64,000 nt of DNA from Saprospiraceae bacterium (lineage in GTDB: Bacteria; Bacteroidota; Bacteroidia; Chitinophagales; Saprospiraceae), in contig JALSGS010000013.1 of the NCBI GenBank assembly GCA_026982695.1, positions 22,133 to 86,132 of the forward strand, written 5' to 3'. The first letter of the stretch is position 1. Each line of letters begins with the position of its first letter. Shown piece by piece: positions 20,698 to 31,357 of the stretch. Below the pieces are notes generated by a model. It had not been told where the DNA came from. It was given only the letters and a program-made list of their open reading frames with translations, and ran no database searches. Position numbers and translations under genes: made by a program.

Positions 20698-22017
20698 TCA
20701 TTCCTTGCGTGCTTTTGCTTCCCGAATACTAATGCGACGCGTGCCCTCATATGCCACTACAAAAGCATCGGTAAAGCCTTTAGCTTGTAACTGGCGCCTG
20801 GCGGCAAATGCCTCTTTAAAAGAGGAAAATCGCCCCGCCTGGTACTTGTAGTAACCATCCTCCTGAATCACCTCAATGGTGTACCCCGTCCCTTGCCAGC
20901 GAGGTGCATCGAGCGACAAAGGCTGTGCAGAAGCAGCCAGCTGTACGCGAAAATGTACTTGAGGCGCAATGGCTACAGTGCTTTGAGTACTCAGATCTTC
21001 TACAGGCACAATCACTGAAGCTGACAGTGGCACAGTAGGTTGCTTAGTAGTAGATGGTGTCTTGGGCATAGCACTGTGCGCTGCGACTGCAATAGCACGG
21101 GTAGGCACTTTTGATGTATGCTGCTCGGTGATAGGCGCATGTACAGGCGGCAAGTCGAGTGCAAACGGCGTGCTGCCTTCTACTTCCGCTTTGTAAAGCG
21201 CAAACGCACGGGCCAATGCCTGCGCAATGGTACGCTGCCCTTTTTGCGAAAGCAAAAAGCGCTCTTCAGCAGCATGGCTCAAAAAGCCCGTCTCGACCAA
21301 CACACTGGGCATAGTCGTCTCACGTAGTACGACAAAGCCCGCTTGTTTTACACCTCGGCTACGACGCTGTGCCTGTACCATCTGTGTCTCTACTATTTGT
21401 GCAAAACGGATGCTCTGCTCCAAAAATGCATGTTGCACAGTAGTGAGCAGAATGTGTCCTTCTGGCGAGTCGGGATCAAAGCCATATACTTCCTGGTAGT
21501 TGTCCTCCAACAAAATGACGGAGTTTTCGCGTTTGGCTACTTCTAAGTTCTCCTCAGCCCGATGCAGTCCTAATACATAGGTCTCGGTGCCATGGGTAGC
21601 TTTCGACCCACGTATGTAGTTGCAATGAATGGAAATGAATAGATCAGCTCGGGCCTTATTGGCCAACGCAGCCCGCTCACTTAGCGGGACAAACACGTCT
21701 TTATCACGTGTGAGCAATACATCCACATCAGGCCAATTAGCCCGAATCAGTGCAGCTAACTGCTGGCTGATGCCCAATGCGATGTCTTTTTCGCGTGCGC
21801 TACTCCCACGGCAGCCCGGATCCTTGCCGCCATGCCCCGGATCGATTACCACTGTGCGTATCTGCCAAGCGATCGCGCTATTGTGTTTTGACAAATTAAC
21901 TTTGCCAGCTGATGTAGCAGTGGTATCCGCATTTTGTGCAAGTACCCAACTTGCCACGACGCACAGGCAATAAAGAAGCGACCATCGCATGGTTATGGGG
22001 CCTAGTCTGAGCAGCAT
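20698..22017 (-). CDS. N-acetylmuramoyl-L-alanine amidase (Amidase_3/AmiC type) with a C-terminal SPOR domain
   Basis: Motifs: VVIDPGHGGKDPGC, FISIHCN, and a C-terminal FRVQLAASAQPL...YKYQAGRFSSFKEAFAARRQLQAKGFTDAFVVAY (SPOR). The start could be the internal MRWSL at 21990. Confidence 0.85.
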   Translation of the reverse strand: MLLRLGPITMRWSLLYCLCVVASWVLAQNADTTATSAGKVNLSKHNSAIAWQIRTVVIDPGHGGKDPGCRGSSAREKDIALGISQQLAALIRANWPDVDVLLTRDKDVFVPLSERAALANKARADLFISIHCNYIRGSKATHGTETYVLGLHRAEENLEVAKRENSVILLEDNYQEVYGFDPDSPEGHILLTTVQHAFLEQSIRFAQIVETQMVQAQRRSRGVKQAGFVVLRETTMPSVLVETGFLSHAAEERFLLSQKGQRTIAQALARAFALYKAEVEGSTPFALDLPPVHAPITEQHTSKVPTRAIAVAAHSAMPKTPSTTKQPTVPLSASVIVPVEDLSTQSTVAIAPQVHFRVQLAASAQPLSLDAPRWQGTGYTIEVIQEDGYYKYQAGRFSSFKEAFAARRQLQAKGFTDAFVVAYEGTRRISIREAKARKE

Positions 22018-22196
22018 GTTCGAACGTTTCGCGTTTCACAGTGTCTTACAGAACCTTGCCAGCAAACAGGTGCCCAAATTAACTGATTATTTGTTACTGG
22101 GCATACAACGCCTTTGAGCTCGCAAACGCTCACATACACAAGCATCCTGTTTCCAATGGCGTATTATTGTAGCTTAACAAAGAATTTATAGCTCGG

Positions 22197-24872
22197 ATGC
22201 ATCATGGACAACTCTATAAAGTAGCCGTGGGGGTTTTGCTCACCCTCATCTGTAATAGTTGGCAATCAATACAATTGCTAGCCCAACAGCCTTTGCCTAC
22301 TACGGACCTGCCTGATGCCATGTCTGACACTACTATTGTACGACGCTTCACCCTTTCAGCTGACTCACTGGACGCACCTGTCATCTGTCGCAGCCGAGAC
22401 TCGATGTATTTGGATGTAAAAAACCAGCTGCTACACCTTTACGGCCAAGCACAAGTGCAATATGAACAAATTGATCTGAAGGCAGGCCACATCATCCTCG
22501 ACATGCGCCAAAAGACAATCACTGCACAGCAAATGGTCGATTCTCTGAAGCAATTGAGTGGCATGCCCATTTTCTCCGAGGGAGAACAGCAATTCACAGC
22601 ACGCAAAATTCGCTTTAACTTCCAAACGCGCAAGGGCATCGTATACGACTCACGCACTGCCCAACAGGGCGTATATGTGCTCAGCAAAAAGACCAAATTT
22701 GTCGGTGCCCAAGACACCACAGCACACGATACCATCTACAATCAAGATGCCCTATTCACCACCTGCGACCTGCCCCATCCGCACTTCGGCATCCACAGCA
22801 AAAAGCAAATGCTTATCCCCGACAAGCTAGTCATCGTAGGCCCCTCTAATCTGGAAATTGCCAACATACCCACACCACTGTGGCTGCCTTTTGGCTTTTT
22901 CCCCATCACAAAAGGCAAACGCACGGGCCTAATCTTCCCACGCGACTACGAATACTCCGATCAATGGGGCTTTGGCTTGCGCAATGTAGGCTGGTATTTC
23001 CCCATTAACGACTATTGGGATCTGACGCTTACTGGCGACATCTACCTGAAAGGCACCTGGGGTATCAACGCTTCGGCGCGCTATCGAAAACGCTACAAGT
23101 ACAATGGAACGATTGAGCTGGGCTACGCCAGCCGGCGGGTAGAAATTGAAGGCATGCCTCAGTTCGAGCCTTCCATGCGCCTGCGCTGGTCGCACAATCA
23201 AGATGCCAATGCGCACCCCTATCAAAGGTTTAGTGGCAACATCAACATCCAGACGAACAACTTTCAGCGCGTCAACCGCAATGACGCCCAAAGCGTATTG
23301 CAAAGCCAACTGACTTCAAACCTGTCTTGGTCGCGTCGCTTTGACGGCCCCTATACGCTGTCGGTCAATTTTACGCATTCGCAAAACACCAATACGCGGC
23401 AAATGACCATCTCTTTTCCCAATATCAACTTCCAAACGCAGACGATCTACCCCTTTCGGCGAAAAGAGCGCATTGGCCCCGAACGATGGTATGAGCGCTT
23501 CAACTTGCGCTATACGGGTGAAGCGCGCAACACCTTTACAGCCCAAGACACTTCCCTGTTCCAAAAGCAAACGCTTCGAGACGCCCAATATGGCGTGCGT
23601 CATACGGTGAGTAGCAGTGCCAGTTTCAACGTATTGAAATACTTTCAGGTAGGCCCCAATATCAATTACAAGGAAGTGTGGTACTTCAACACCATACGCA
23701 AACAATTCGTTTTTGACCCCGAAAAGGAAATCAAGCTTGACACGACTTACAACCCCGATGACTCTACCGATTTTCAGATCGTGTACGATACGCTCAGCTA
23801 TGGCAGCGTGCAAGATATCGTCGAGTCGGGCTTCAAACCACTGCGACAGTTCAACATGGGCTTTCGCATAGGCACCAACTTGTTTGGCACTGTACTGTTC
23901 AAAAAAGGATGGGTACGCGGCTTGCGCCACTTGATGAAGCCCAACCTATCCTTTAACTATTCCCCCGACTATACCAACCCTGATTGGGGTTATTTTGACT
24001 ACGTCAAAACCGATATACGCAGTGATGAGTTGACGTGCTATTCCATCTTTGAACGCGGCATATTCGACAAGCCCTCCACTTCAGGCAAACAGATGGCTAT
24101 AAGCTATCAAATTAGCAATACATTTGAAGGCAAGTTTTGGTCGCGCCGCGACTCTAGTACCCGAAAAGTCAGCTTGCTGCGCTCACTCAACGTATCGGGC
24201 TCGTACAACTTTGCTGCCGATTCGCTAAAGTGGTCGCCTGTGCGCCTGTCGGGCAACACGGCCTTTTTTAACGGCATCAGCACGCTCAGCTTTGGCGGCG
24301 AGTGGGACCCCTATCAACTCGATGCCAATGGCAAAAAGATCGACCAGCTCTACATAGACCACACCGGTAAACCTCTGCGATTTGTGCAATTTACAGCAGC
24401 CCTCAGCACGCGACTCACCGTCAAGCGATTGCGCGACCTACTGCGAGGCATACAGACCGACGAAGCAGAAGCACAAGTGCCACCAGGTCAAAAACGAACT
24501 CAGGAAGAAGACTTGCTCAGCTTATTCGAGAACTTCAGCATCAACCACCAGATCAACATCCGGGCACAAGCTCAAGACAACAACACGCAAACAGAAGTGA
24601 CCATCCACAATATCAGTATGCGTGGCAATATAGCACTCTCACCCAACTGGTCGCTCACGGTGGGTAATATAGGCTACGACTTGGTGAGCAAGCAACTTAC
24701 CTATCCCGATCTGGGTTTTTACCGCAACTTGCATTGTTGGGAAATGGGTTTCAACTGGCAGCCCTTGCGCGGTACCTACAGCTTTTTCTTGCGCGTCAAG
24801 CCCGGCGCATTAGATTTTATCAATATTCCTTATTCCAAAAACAACGTAGATGCTGCCTTTTCGGGCTTTTAG
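22197..24872 (+). CDS. lptD: Putative LPS-assembly outer membrane protein LptD (Bacteroidota type, OstA-like N-terminus)
   Basis: 891 aa with a signal peptide and an OstA-like N-terminal beta-jellyroll segment (DSMYLDVKNQLLHLYGQAQVQYEQIDLKAGHIILD). The long beta-barrel-like C-terminus ends in an aromatic residue (..AAFSGF). Divergent pairing with the amidase gene is common in Bacteroidota. Confidence 0.7.
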   Translation: MHHGQLYKVAVGVLLTLICNSWQSIQLLAQQPLPTTDLPDAMSDTTIVRRFTLSADSLDAPVICRSRDSMYLDVKNQLLHLYGQAQVQYEQIDLKAGHIILDMRQKTITAQQMVDSLKQLSGMPIFSEGEQQFTARKIRFNFQTRKGIVYDSRTAQQGVYVLSKKTKFVGAQDTTAHDTIYNQDALFTTCDLPHPHFGIHSKKQMLIPDKLVIVGPSNLEIANIPTPLWLPFGFFPITKGKRTGLIFPRDYEYSDQWGFGLRNVGWYFPINDYWDLTLTGDIYLKGTWGINASARYRKRYKYNGTIELGYASRRVEIEGMPQFEPSMRLRWSHNQDANAHPYQRFSGNINIQTNNFQRVNRNDAQSVLQSQLTSNLSWSRRFDGPYTLSVNFTHSQNTNTRQMTISFPNINFQTQTIYPFRRKERIGPERWYERFNLRYTGEARNTFTAQDTSLFQKQTLRDAQYGVRHTVSSSASFNVLKYFQVGPNINYKEVWYFNTIRKQFVFDPEKEIKLDTTYNPDDSTDFQIVYDTLSYGSVQDIVESGFKPLRQFNMGFRIGTNLFGTVLFKKGWVRGLRHLMKPNLSFNYSPDYTNPDWGYFDYVKTDIRSDELTCYSIFERGIFDKPSTSGKQMAISYQISNTFEGKFWSRRDSSTRKVSLLRSLNVSGSYNFAADSLKWSPVRLSGNTAFFNGISTLSFGGEWDPYQLDANGKKIDQLYIDHTGKPLRFVQFTAALSTRLTVKRLRDLLRGIQTDEAEAQVPPGQKRTQEEDLLSLFENFSINHQINIRAQAQDNNTQTEVTIHNISMRGNIALSPNWSLTVGNIGYDLVSKQLTYPDLGFYRNLHCWEMGFNWQPLRGTYSFFLRVKPGALDFINIPYSKNNVDAAFSGF

Positions 24873-25027
24873 ACAAAATTTTGGCCATTTTCTTGGTGGT
24901 ATTCTACAAAAGCATCTACCTTCATCCAGGTTACAAACCTTTTCAATTCCTCGCCCTTTGCACTCTATACTCGTATAGTGTAAAGGGTTTTTTGTACCTT
25001 TCAAGGCGTATTGCAACCACTCGACTC

Positions 25028-26326
25028 ATGAAACACTTGCTGCACATCGCGTTGATATGGATTAGTGTATGGCCATGGTGGGCGTGCCAGCCCACGCCAA
25101 ATTCCCAAGACCAATCACCTGCTCCATCAGCAACTCCCCTCTATGACGATCACATTGAGCTACCCGATGGCTTCAAGGCCATCGTCGTGCATCCAGGTGT
25201 GGGACCACGTGCACGTCACATAGCCGTCAATCGCAATGGCGACATTTACGTACAAATGAACCGATTGGTACGTGGTAAGGGGATTGTTGCGTTGCGCGAC
25301 ACCACAGGCGATGGCAGAGCTGATATAGTCGCCTGGTTTGGAGATCATACTGGTACAGGCATCGCCATTCACAAGGGGTATTTATATTGCAGCTCCGACC
25401 AGGCCATATATCGCTACCCACTCCATCCCGACGAGCTGGTACCAAAACCTCACGAACGCGAACTCGTCGTAGGCGGATTTCCCGAACAACAAGAGCATGC
25501 TGCCAAGTCATTCACCTTTGACGACAAAGGGCACTTGTACGTCAATGTCGGTGCACCTTCCAATGCCTGTATGAAGAGCAAACGCACAGCAGGATCACCC
25601 GGTATAGATCCTTGCCCACAGCTCCAAAAGCACGCCGGCATTTGGCAATTTGCCGATGACCGCCTCGCTCAACAATTTGCCGAAGGCACGCGCTATGCAT
25701 CGGGTATACGCAATGCCATAGCACTGGATTGGAACTTCGACGTGGGCAAGTTGTACGTCGTACAGCACGGTCGCGACCAACTCTACCAATTTTGGCCTCA
25801 GCTATACGACGAACAACTCAGTGCCGAGCTTCCCGCAGAGGAGTTCTTCCAAATAGAAGTAGGTGATTTTTGCGGGTGGCCCTATTGCTACTACGATCAG
25901 TTGGAAGGGAAAAAAGTACTCGCCCCCGAATATGGTGGCGACGGCAAAAAAGTGGGGCGATGTGCACAAGCCAAACAACCCATCCTGGCTTTTCCTGGGC
26001 ATCTGGCACCCAACGACCTGGTGTTCTATACCGCCCATCACTTCCCCGAGACGTACCAAGGCGGTGCCTTCATCGCTTTCCACGGCTCGTGGAACCGCGC
26101 TCCACTGCCTCAAAAGGGCTACTTTATCGCTTTTGTCCCCATGAAAGAAGGACTACCCTCCGGCCCATGGCGCGTATTTGCCGATCACTTTGCTGGTAAA
26201 GACACTATTAAATCGCCCTCACAAGCCACACATCGCCCTATGGGCCTTGCCATAGGCCCTGATGGCGCACTGTACGTGAGCGATTCAGTGAAAGGTACCA
26301 TATGGAAAATAGTGTACAAAGGTTAG
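25028..26326 (+). CDS. PQQ-dependent sugar (sorbosone/glucose) dehydrogenase family beta-propeller lipoprotein
   Basis: Start trimmed to MKHLLHIALIWISVWPWWAC (lipobox). Motifs: HIAVNRNGDIYV, GFPEQQEHAAKSFTFD, GWPYCYYD, PMGLAIGPDGALYVSDSVKGTIWKIVY. Confidence 0.8.
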   Translation: MKHLLHIALIWISVWPWWACQPTPNSQDQSPAPSATPLYDDHIELPDGFKAIVVHPGVGPRARHIAVNRNGDIYVQMNRLVRGKGIVALRDTTGDGRADIVAWFGDHTGTGIAIHKGYLYCSSDQAIYRYPLHPDELVPKPHERELVVGGFPEQQEHAAKSFTFDDKGHLYVNVGAPSNACMKSKRTAGSPGIDPCPQLQKHAGIWQFADDRLAQQFAEGTRYASGIRNAIALDWNFDVGKLYVVQHGRDQLYQFWPQLYDEQLSAELPAEEFFQIEVGDFCGWPYCYYDQLEGKKVLAPEYGGDGKKVGRCAQAKQPILAFPGHLAPNDLVFYTAHHFPETYQGGAFIAFHGSWNRAPLPQKGYFIAFVPMKEGLPSGPWRVFADHFAGKDTIKSPSQATHRPMGLAIGPDGALYVSDSVKGTIWKIVYKG

Positions 26327-26361
26327 GCAGAATCCCGCTGTGAGATAGGCACATCTTGATT

Positions 26362-27927
26362 TTACTGGCGCAATAAAAATTTGCGGCGAACCACTTGCTC
26401 TACAGGTATGTGCTCAATTTTACTTTCCAGCCAGGAAATGATGTCCAAGTAGAGGAACGAACGGCGCTCGTAAGGATCATCTTGCATTCGCTCTAAGGTT
26501 TGCTTCAACTCGCCAAAAGCCTCTATTAGGCGCCTATCGTCGGCATATAGCTCGCGGCGCAAAAAGCGCAATATCTCTCTAAGTACGCCATTGAGATCCT
26601 CCATGCGATTGAGAAAGCGATACACCGACTTGACCAAATATTCCAACAAGTTGTAATGCCCCAGTTCGTAATGGCATATCAAGTGCAAGAGGCGAGCATA
26701 CGACTGCAAGTCTTGCCGCAAAGCACCCGAATGATAATGGATGATCTTGTTGAGATAGTCAATTGCTGTGTTATTATCCCCACTGCCAAAGTACAAGCAC
26801 GCAATTTTGTAGAAAAAGATCAACTGCCGATGCCAATCGATGTACAGATCGTGTGCTGCTAACCAAGCCTCTAACTCAGGCACCACCTCTAGGCCTTCAG
26901 AGAAGGTGCCCCGCATGAAATGTTTATTGAGCAGCGCCGTATAGTAAAAAATACCGCCTTGCACCCGCGTCATCATGTTGAGCTTGTCGCCTTTGTCCAA
27001 AATGGACTTCAGCTCGCCCAACACTTCATCATATCGCCCATAACTATTGGTATAAAAATAGGCCTCTAGCAAAAAGTGCAACCCACGTACATACAAGTCA
27101 GGGTCCTTTTCCTTCATTTCGGGAAATGCATCAAACAGCTCCACCCATTTTTGCGCATGCCGGTAATACATGGGAAAGTTTTGCAAAATGCCGTAGTATC
27201 GGATATAGACCGCGTGCCAGTAAATTTTTTCAAAAAAGGTAAGCGTATCGTAGGGTAAGTCCAACATGTTGGCCTTGAAGAATTCCTCGAGCAAGTAGGC
27301 ATCCTTTTCATTGCGCACCAGGCCCGACTTCAAATAAAAGCCATATAGCTTAAGCGAAAGATTGGACAGGCGCGAGGTATTGAAAATAATACGGCTGCGC
27401 TGCTCTGCCTCTTCAGCCAACTCATCCGCGCGCTTGGCCATGCTGCCTGTGATATGACGCGACTCTATGAGCTTCTCAAATTCGATGATTTCCAAATGCA
27501 ACAAATCCTGATTGGAAAAATACGCTTCTTCCTTCGCCTTCTTCAAAATGCGCAAGCTCTGCATATACAACCCCTTGCCATAAAGCAAGCGTGCAAAATC
27601 TATCTGCTCCCTGATCTCGATATCCACATGCCTATGTATGTGTATCAGGCGCAAGCTAGTGAGCAACTGCTTATACAGATGGCGCTTGAGGTTGGATAGC
27701 TGCGATCGCTTGATCTCAGGTGCCTTTCGAAAAATAGCCTCTTCATCGTATTCGCGCTGCTTGTCCAGAATGTCGAACAGCTTGACAAATTTGGCCTGAT
27801 CCTTCCCCTGGATGCGGTTGGCATACAGCTTAAACGAACGCTTTTCTGCTTTGGTCAAGGTCTTGATCAAGTTAAACAAATTGTCGGTCTGTATACTGGC
27901 CATTGGAGCAGAGTATTGTTTAATCAA
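26362..27927 (-). CDS. Hypothetical all-helical (TPR-like repeat) protein
   Basis: 521-aa ORF with strong coding character. The composition is helical-repeat-like (YY..AL, LL.AYFY). No catalytic motif recognised. The start may be MASIQ at 27903. Confidence 0.6.
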   Translation of the reverse strand: MIKQYSAPMASIQTDNLFNLIKTLTKAEKRSFKLYANRIQGKDQAKFVKLFDILDKQREYDEEAIFRKAPEIKRSQLSNLKRHLYKQLLTSLRLIHIHRHVDIEIREQIDFARLLYGKGLYMQSLRILKKAKEEAYFSNQDLLHLEIIEFEKLIESRHITGSMAKRADELAEEAEQRSRIIFNTSRLSNLSLKLYGFYLKSGLVRNEKDAYLLEEFFKANMLDLPYDTLTFFEKIYWHAVYIRYYGILQNFPMYYRHAQKWVELFDAFPEMKEKDPDLYVRGLHFLLEAYFYTNSYGRYDEVLGELKSILDKGDKLNMMTRVQGGIFYYTALLNKHFMRGTFSEGLEVVPELEAWLAAHDLYIDWHRQLIFFYKIACLYFGSGDNNTAIDYLNKIIHYHSGALRQDLQSYARLLHLICHYELGHYNLLEYLVKSVYRFLNRMEDLNGVLREILRFLRRELYADDRRLIEAFGELKQTLERMQDDPYERRSFLYLDIISWLESKIEHIPVEQVVRRKFLLRQ

Positions 27928-28144
27928 GTGTTAATCAACAACTTACCACAAATACACCTTTACTCAGGCATAGCTATGGAATAGAACTCTGGTTTCAATC
28001 GCTGGGTAGGACACAAATAGCTTTACGCTTGCCTTTTGCCACAAGGAAAAGCCAGCAAGTCCCTTTATTCTATGTGATCTGATCCATATCAAAGTAGGAA
28101 TTATTCGGCAGGACATCGCTCAAATATCTGCAATTTTCAAAAAA

Positions 28145-29548
28145 ATGAAGGAGACATACTATCCTCATCCCACTACGCTATTCGACAAAGTCTGGGATAG
28201 CCACGTAGTTGAGCGTCGGGCTGACTTTCCAGATCTATTGTATATAGACCGGCACTTCATCCACGAAGTCACCTCGCCACAAGCATTCGATGGGCTGCGC
28301 CGCCGTGGCCTGCGCGTATTCCGCCCAGCACGCACGACCGCCACTGCTGACCACAACGTGCCCACACGCAACCAGCACTTGCCCATTGGCGAACCGCTCT
28401 CGCGCAAGCAAGTAGCTACGCTCGAAGCCAATTGTGCCGAATTCGGCATCGAACTATACGGCTTAGGGCACGAACGACAAGGCATCGTACACGTCATTGG
28501 CCCCGAACTGGGGCTCACCCAGCCCGGCATGACAATCGTCTGTGGCGATAGCCATACCAGTACACATGGCGCTTTTGGCGTTATCGCCTTTGGCATCGGC
28601 ACAAGCCAAGTAGAGCAAGTACTCGCTACCCAGTGCCTGCTGCAATACAAACCGCGCCGCATGCGCATCGAAGTCAATGGCACACTCGCCACCGGCGTAA
28701 CTGCAAAAGACCTCATCCTCTACCTCATCGCACAGCTCACCACCTCTGGTGGCACTAAGCATTTCGTAGAATACGCAGGTAGTGCCATCACCAGCCTCAG
28801 CATGGAAGGCCGCATGACGGTGTGCAACATGAGCATCGAAATGGGGGCACGTGGTGGCATGATCGCCCCCGACGACACCACCTTTGCGTACCTCTATGGT
28901 CGCCCCTTCGCCCCCAAGGGGTACGCTTGGGACAAAGCCGTGGCGCGCTGGCGGCAACTCCATACCGATGAAGGCGCTACCTTCCACAAGGTACACACCT
29001 TCGACGCCTCCCATATAGAACCTATGATCACCTATGGCACCAACCCCGGCATGGCTGTAGGCATCAGCCAACCCGTACCCCACCCCACCGACCACACACA
29101 AGCTAAAGCCCTCGAATACATGGGTATTGAGCCGGGCAAACCACTCGAAGGCCACCCTGTAGATTACGTATTTATCGGCTCGTGTACCAATGCTAGAATT
29201 GAAGACCTGCGCGCCGTAGCCCAACTCGTTAAAGGCAAGAAAAAAGCTGCTGGTGTCACGGTATGGATCGTGCCTGGATCAAAGCAAGTGGAAGCACAAG
29301 CACGCGCCGAAGGCCTCGACAAAATATTTGAAAGTGCTGGCTTTCAGCTGCGACAACCCGGATGCTCGGCCTGCTTGGCTATGAATGAAGATAAAGTGCC
29401 TTTTGGCAAATGCTGCATCAGCACCTCTAACCGAAACTTCGAAGGGCGCCAAGGGCCTGGCGCACGTACCATACTGGCCAGCCCACTCATGGCTGCTGCT
29501 GCAGCCATTACAGGCCGCATTACAGATGTACGCAAGCTCCTTGCCTGA
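28145..29548 (+). CDS. leuC: 3-isopropylmalate dehydratase large subunit
   Basis: Motifs: [20 protein letters not shown], the aconitase-family Fe-S cysteines ([21 protein letters not shown]), [10 protein letters not shown]. Confidence 0.95.
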   Translation: MKETYYPHPTTLFDKVWDSHVVERRADFPDLLYIDRHFIHEVTSPQAFDGLRRRGLRVFRPARTTATADHNVPTRNQHLPIGEPLSRKQVATLEANCAEFGIELYGLGHERQGIVHVIGPELGLTQPGMTIVCGDSHTSTHGAFGVIAFGIGTSQVEQVLATQCLLQYKPRRMRIEVNGTLATGVTAKDLILYLIAQLTTSGGTKHFVEYAGSAITSLSMEGRMTVCNMSIEMGARGGMIAPDDTTFAYLYGRPFAPKGYAWDKAVARWRQLHTDEGATFHKVHTFDASHIEPMITYGTNPGMAVGISQPVPHPTDHTQAKALEYMGIEPGKPLEGHPVDYVFIGSCTNARIEDLRAVAQLVKGKKKAAGVTVWIVPGSKQVEAQARAEGLDKIFESAGFQLRQPGCSACLAMNEDKVPFGKCCISTSNRNFEGRQGPGARTILASPLMAAAAAITGRITDVRKLLA

Positions 29549-29578
29549 ATTAGGCTATCTCACTACACTAAAAATGCC

Positions 29579-30187
29579 ATGCACATGATCAAAACAACTT
29601 GCATACCACTGCCTATAGAAAATATCGACACCGACCAAATCATTCCTGCCCGCTTCCTCAAAGCCACCACACGCGAAGGATTTGGCAACCATCTCTTTGC
29701 CGACTGGCGCTATCTGCCCGATGGTAGCCCCGTAGCTGATTTCCCCCTCAACGATCCACGCTATGCTGGAGCTCAAGCCCTTGTCGCCGGTAAAAATTTT
29801 GGTTGCGGCTCGAGCCGAGAACACGCTGTATGGGCCTTGGCCGACTATGGCTTCAAAGTGATTGTATCGAGTTTTTTTGCCGACATATTCCGAAGCAACG
29901 CCCTCAACAATGGCTTGTTACCCGTGCAAATTGATCAAACCTTGCTCGAGGCGCTCTTCCAACAAATCGAAGCCAACTCCCGCACGCAGCTGATCATCGA
30001 CTTGGCACAGCAACAAATGCACATTCCCGCATTGAATCGCAATGTCACTTTCGACATCGATCCTTACAAAAAACTCTGCCTCCTAAACGGCTACGACGAT
30101 ATAGACTACATCCTATCGCGCCGCGAAGCTATTGAAGCCTGGGAGAAATATCGCTCTGAATCCTTTCCAACAAAAACACATATATGA
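29579..30187 (+). CDS. leuD: 3-isopropylmalate dehydratase small subunit
   Basis: Motifs: [31 protein letters not shown], and the swivel-domain layout. It directly follows leuC. Confidence 0.95.
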   Translation: MHMIKTTCIPLPIENIDTDQIIPARFLKATTREGFGNHLFADWRYLPDGSPVADFPLNDPRYAGAQALVAGKNFGCGSSREHAVWALADYGFKVIVSSFFADIFRSNALNNGLLPVQIDQTLLEALFQQIEANSRTQLIIDLAQQQMHIPALNRNVTFDIDPYKKLCLLNGYDDIDYILSRREAIEAWEKYRSESFPTKTHI

Positions 30188-31296
30188 AGCCACAAACAAA
30201 ACACATTGTCCTGCTACCAGGCGACGGCATTGGCCCCGAAGTAGTGGCCCAGGCCCGTATAGTACTCGAAACTACAGCCCAAGTATTTGGCTATAGCCTT
30301 TCATTCGAACAAGCACTTATTGGCCATGCTGCCATTGAAGCTACTGGCGATCCACTACCACCTGATACTTTAGCTGCCTGCCGACGCGCCGACGCCATTC
30401 TTCTAGGGGCAGTTGGGCATCCTCAATACGACAGAAATCCTTCCACACCCATACGACCAGAGCAAGGGCTATTGCGCTTGCGGCAAAACCTACACCTGTT
30501 TGCCAACATACGCCCCATACGCATTTTCGACGAACTACTCGATGCCTCAAGCCTCAAGCCCGAAATACTGCAGGGCACCAATATTCTCTTCTTCCGCGAA
30601 CTCACCGGTGGCATTTACTTCGGGCAGCCTAAAGGCCGCGACAAGGCGCGTAACCGCGCGTGGGACACCATGACCTATTCCCGACAAGAAATCCAGCGAA
30701 TTGCCCGCATGGCATTCGAAGCAGCCCGACAACGGCGAAGAATAGTACACTCCATCGACAAGGCTAATGTATTGGAGAGCAGTAGATTGTGGCGAGAAAC
30801 CGTAACTACTGAATCCAAAAACTACCCCGACGTCCAACTCCATCACATGTACGTCGATAACGCCGCTATGCAGCTCATCCGAGCGCCTCGCCAATTCGAC
30901 GTAGTAGTCACGAGCAACCTCTTTGGAGACATCCTCACCGACGAAGCAGCGCAGCTAACTGGCTCATTAGGTATGCTGCCCTCAGCTTCTACCGGTGCAC
31001 AAATCGGCTTGTTTGAACCCGTACATGGCTCAGCTCCTGATCTGGCTGGTACCGATAAAGCCAACCCACTAGCCGCCATTCTTTCGGCAGCACTCATGCT
31101 CGAACACGCCTTCGGCTGGCATGAGGCCGCCCACGCCATCTGGAACAGTGTGAGCCATTTACTTGCCGAAGGCTGGCGTACCCCCGACTTAGCACAACCA
31201 CATACACCTGCGGCAAAAGTGGTGGGTACGCAACAGATAGGCAAGCTAGTGGCCAGCTTCGTGCCCATGGTGGCGCTTTCCTCCCCAGCTCCCTGA
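30184..31296 (+). CDS. leuB: 3-isopropylmalate dehydrogenase
   Basis: Motifs: [50 protein letters not shown] overlap with leuD. Confidence 0.95.
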   Translation: MKPQTKHIVLLPGDGIGPEVVAQARIVLETTAQVFGYSLSFEQALIGHAAIEATGDPLPPDTLAACRRADAILLGAVGHPQYDRNPSTPIRPEQGLLRLRQNLHLFANIRPIRIFDELLDASSLKPEILQGTNILFFRELTGGIYFGQPKGRDKARNRAWDTMTYSRQEIQRIARMAFEAARQRRRIVHSIDKANVLESSRLWRETVTTESKNYPDVQLHHMYVDNAAMQLIRAPRQFDVVVTSNLFGDILTDEAAQLTGSLGMLPSASTGAQIGLFEPVHGSAPDLAGTDKANPLAAILSAALMLEHAFGWHEAAHAIWNSVSHLLAEGWRTPDLAQPHTPAAKVVGTQQIGKLVASFVPMVALSSPAP

Positions 31297-31357
31297 ATCC
31301 AAACACCTTTTTAAAGCATAAACCCATTGTACTTCATCAACTGGAAAATAGCGAGCT

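Noticed and set aside
22929-23930. 126-aa and 204-aa minus-strand ORFs inside lptD.
   Set aside because: These are shadow ORFs antisense to a continuous 891-aa outer-membrane protein frame, with no motifs or signal sequences.
24734-25027. 98-aa N-terminal extension of the PQQ-dehydrogenase ORF, overlapping the lptD 3' end.
   Set aside because: The extension overlaps lptD in another frame and has no homology signal. An internal ATG at 25028 gives a canonical lipoprotein signal peptide.
28165-29224. Long antisense ORFs (183 aa and 253 aa) inside leuC. Similar antisense ORFs occur inside leuB, leuA, the histidine kinase gene and the PBP1A gene.
   Set aside because: The opposite strand encodes unmistakable, full-length housekeeping proteins. 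The antisense translations are Arg/Gly/Ala/Cys-rich, low-complexity and motif-free. They are typical shadow ORFs.
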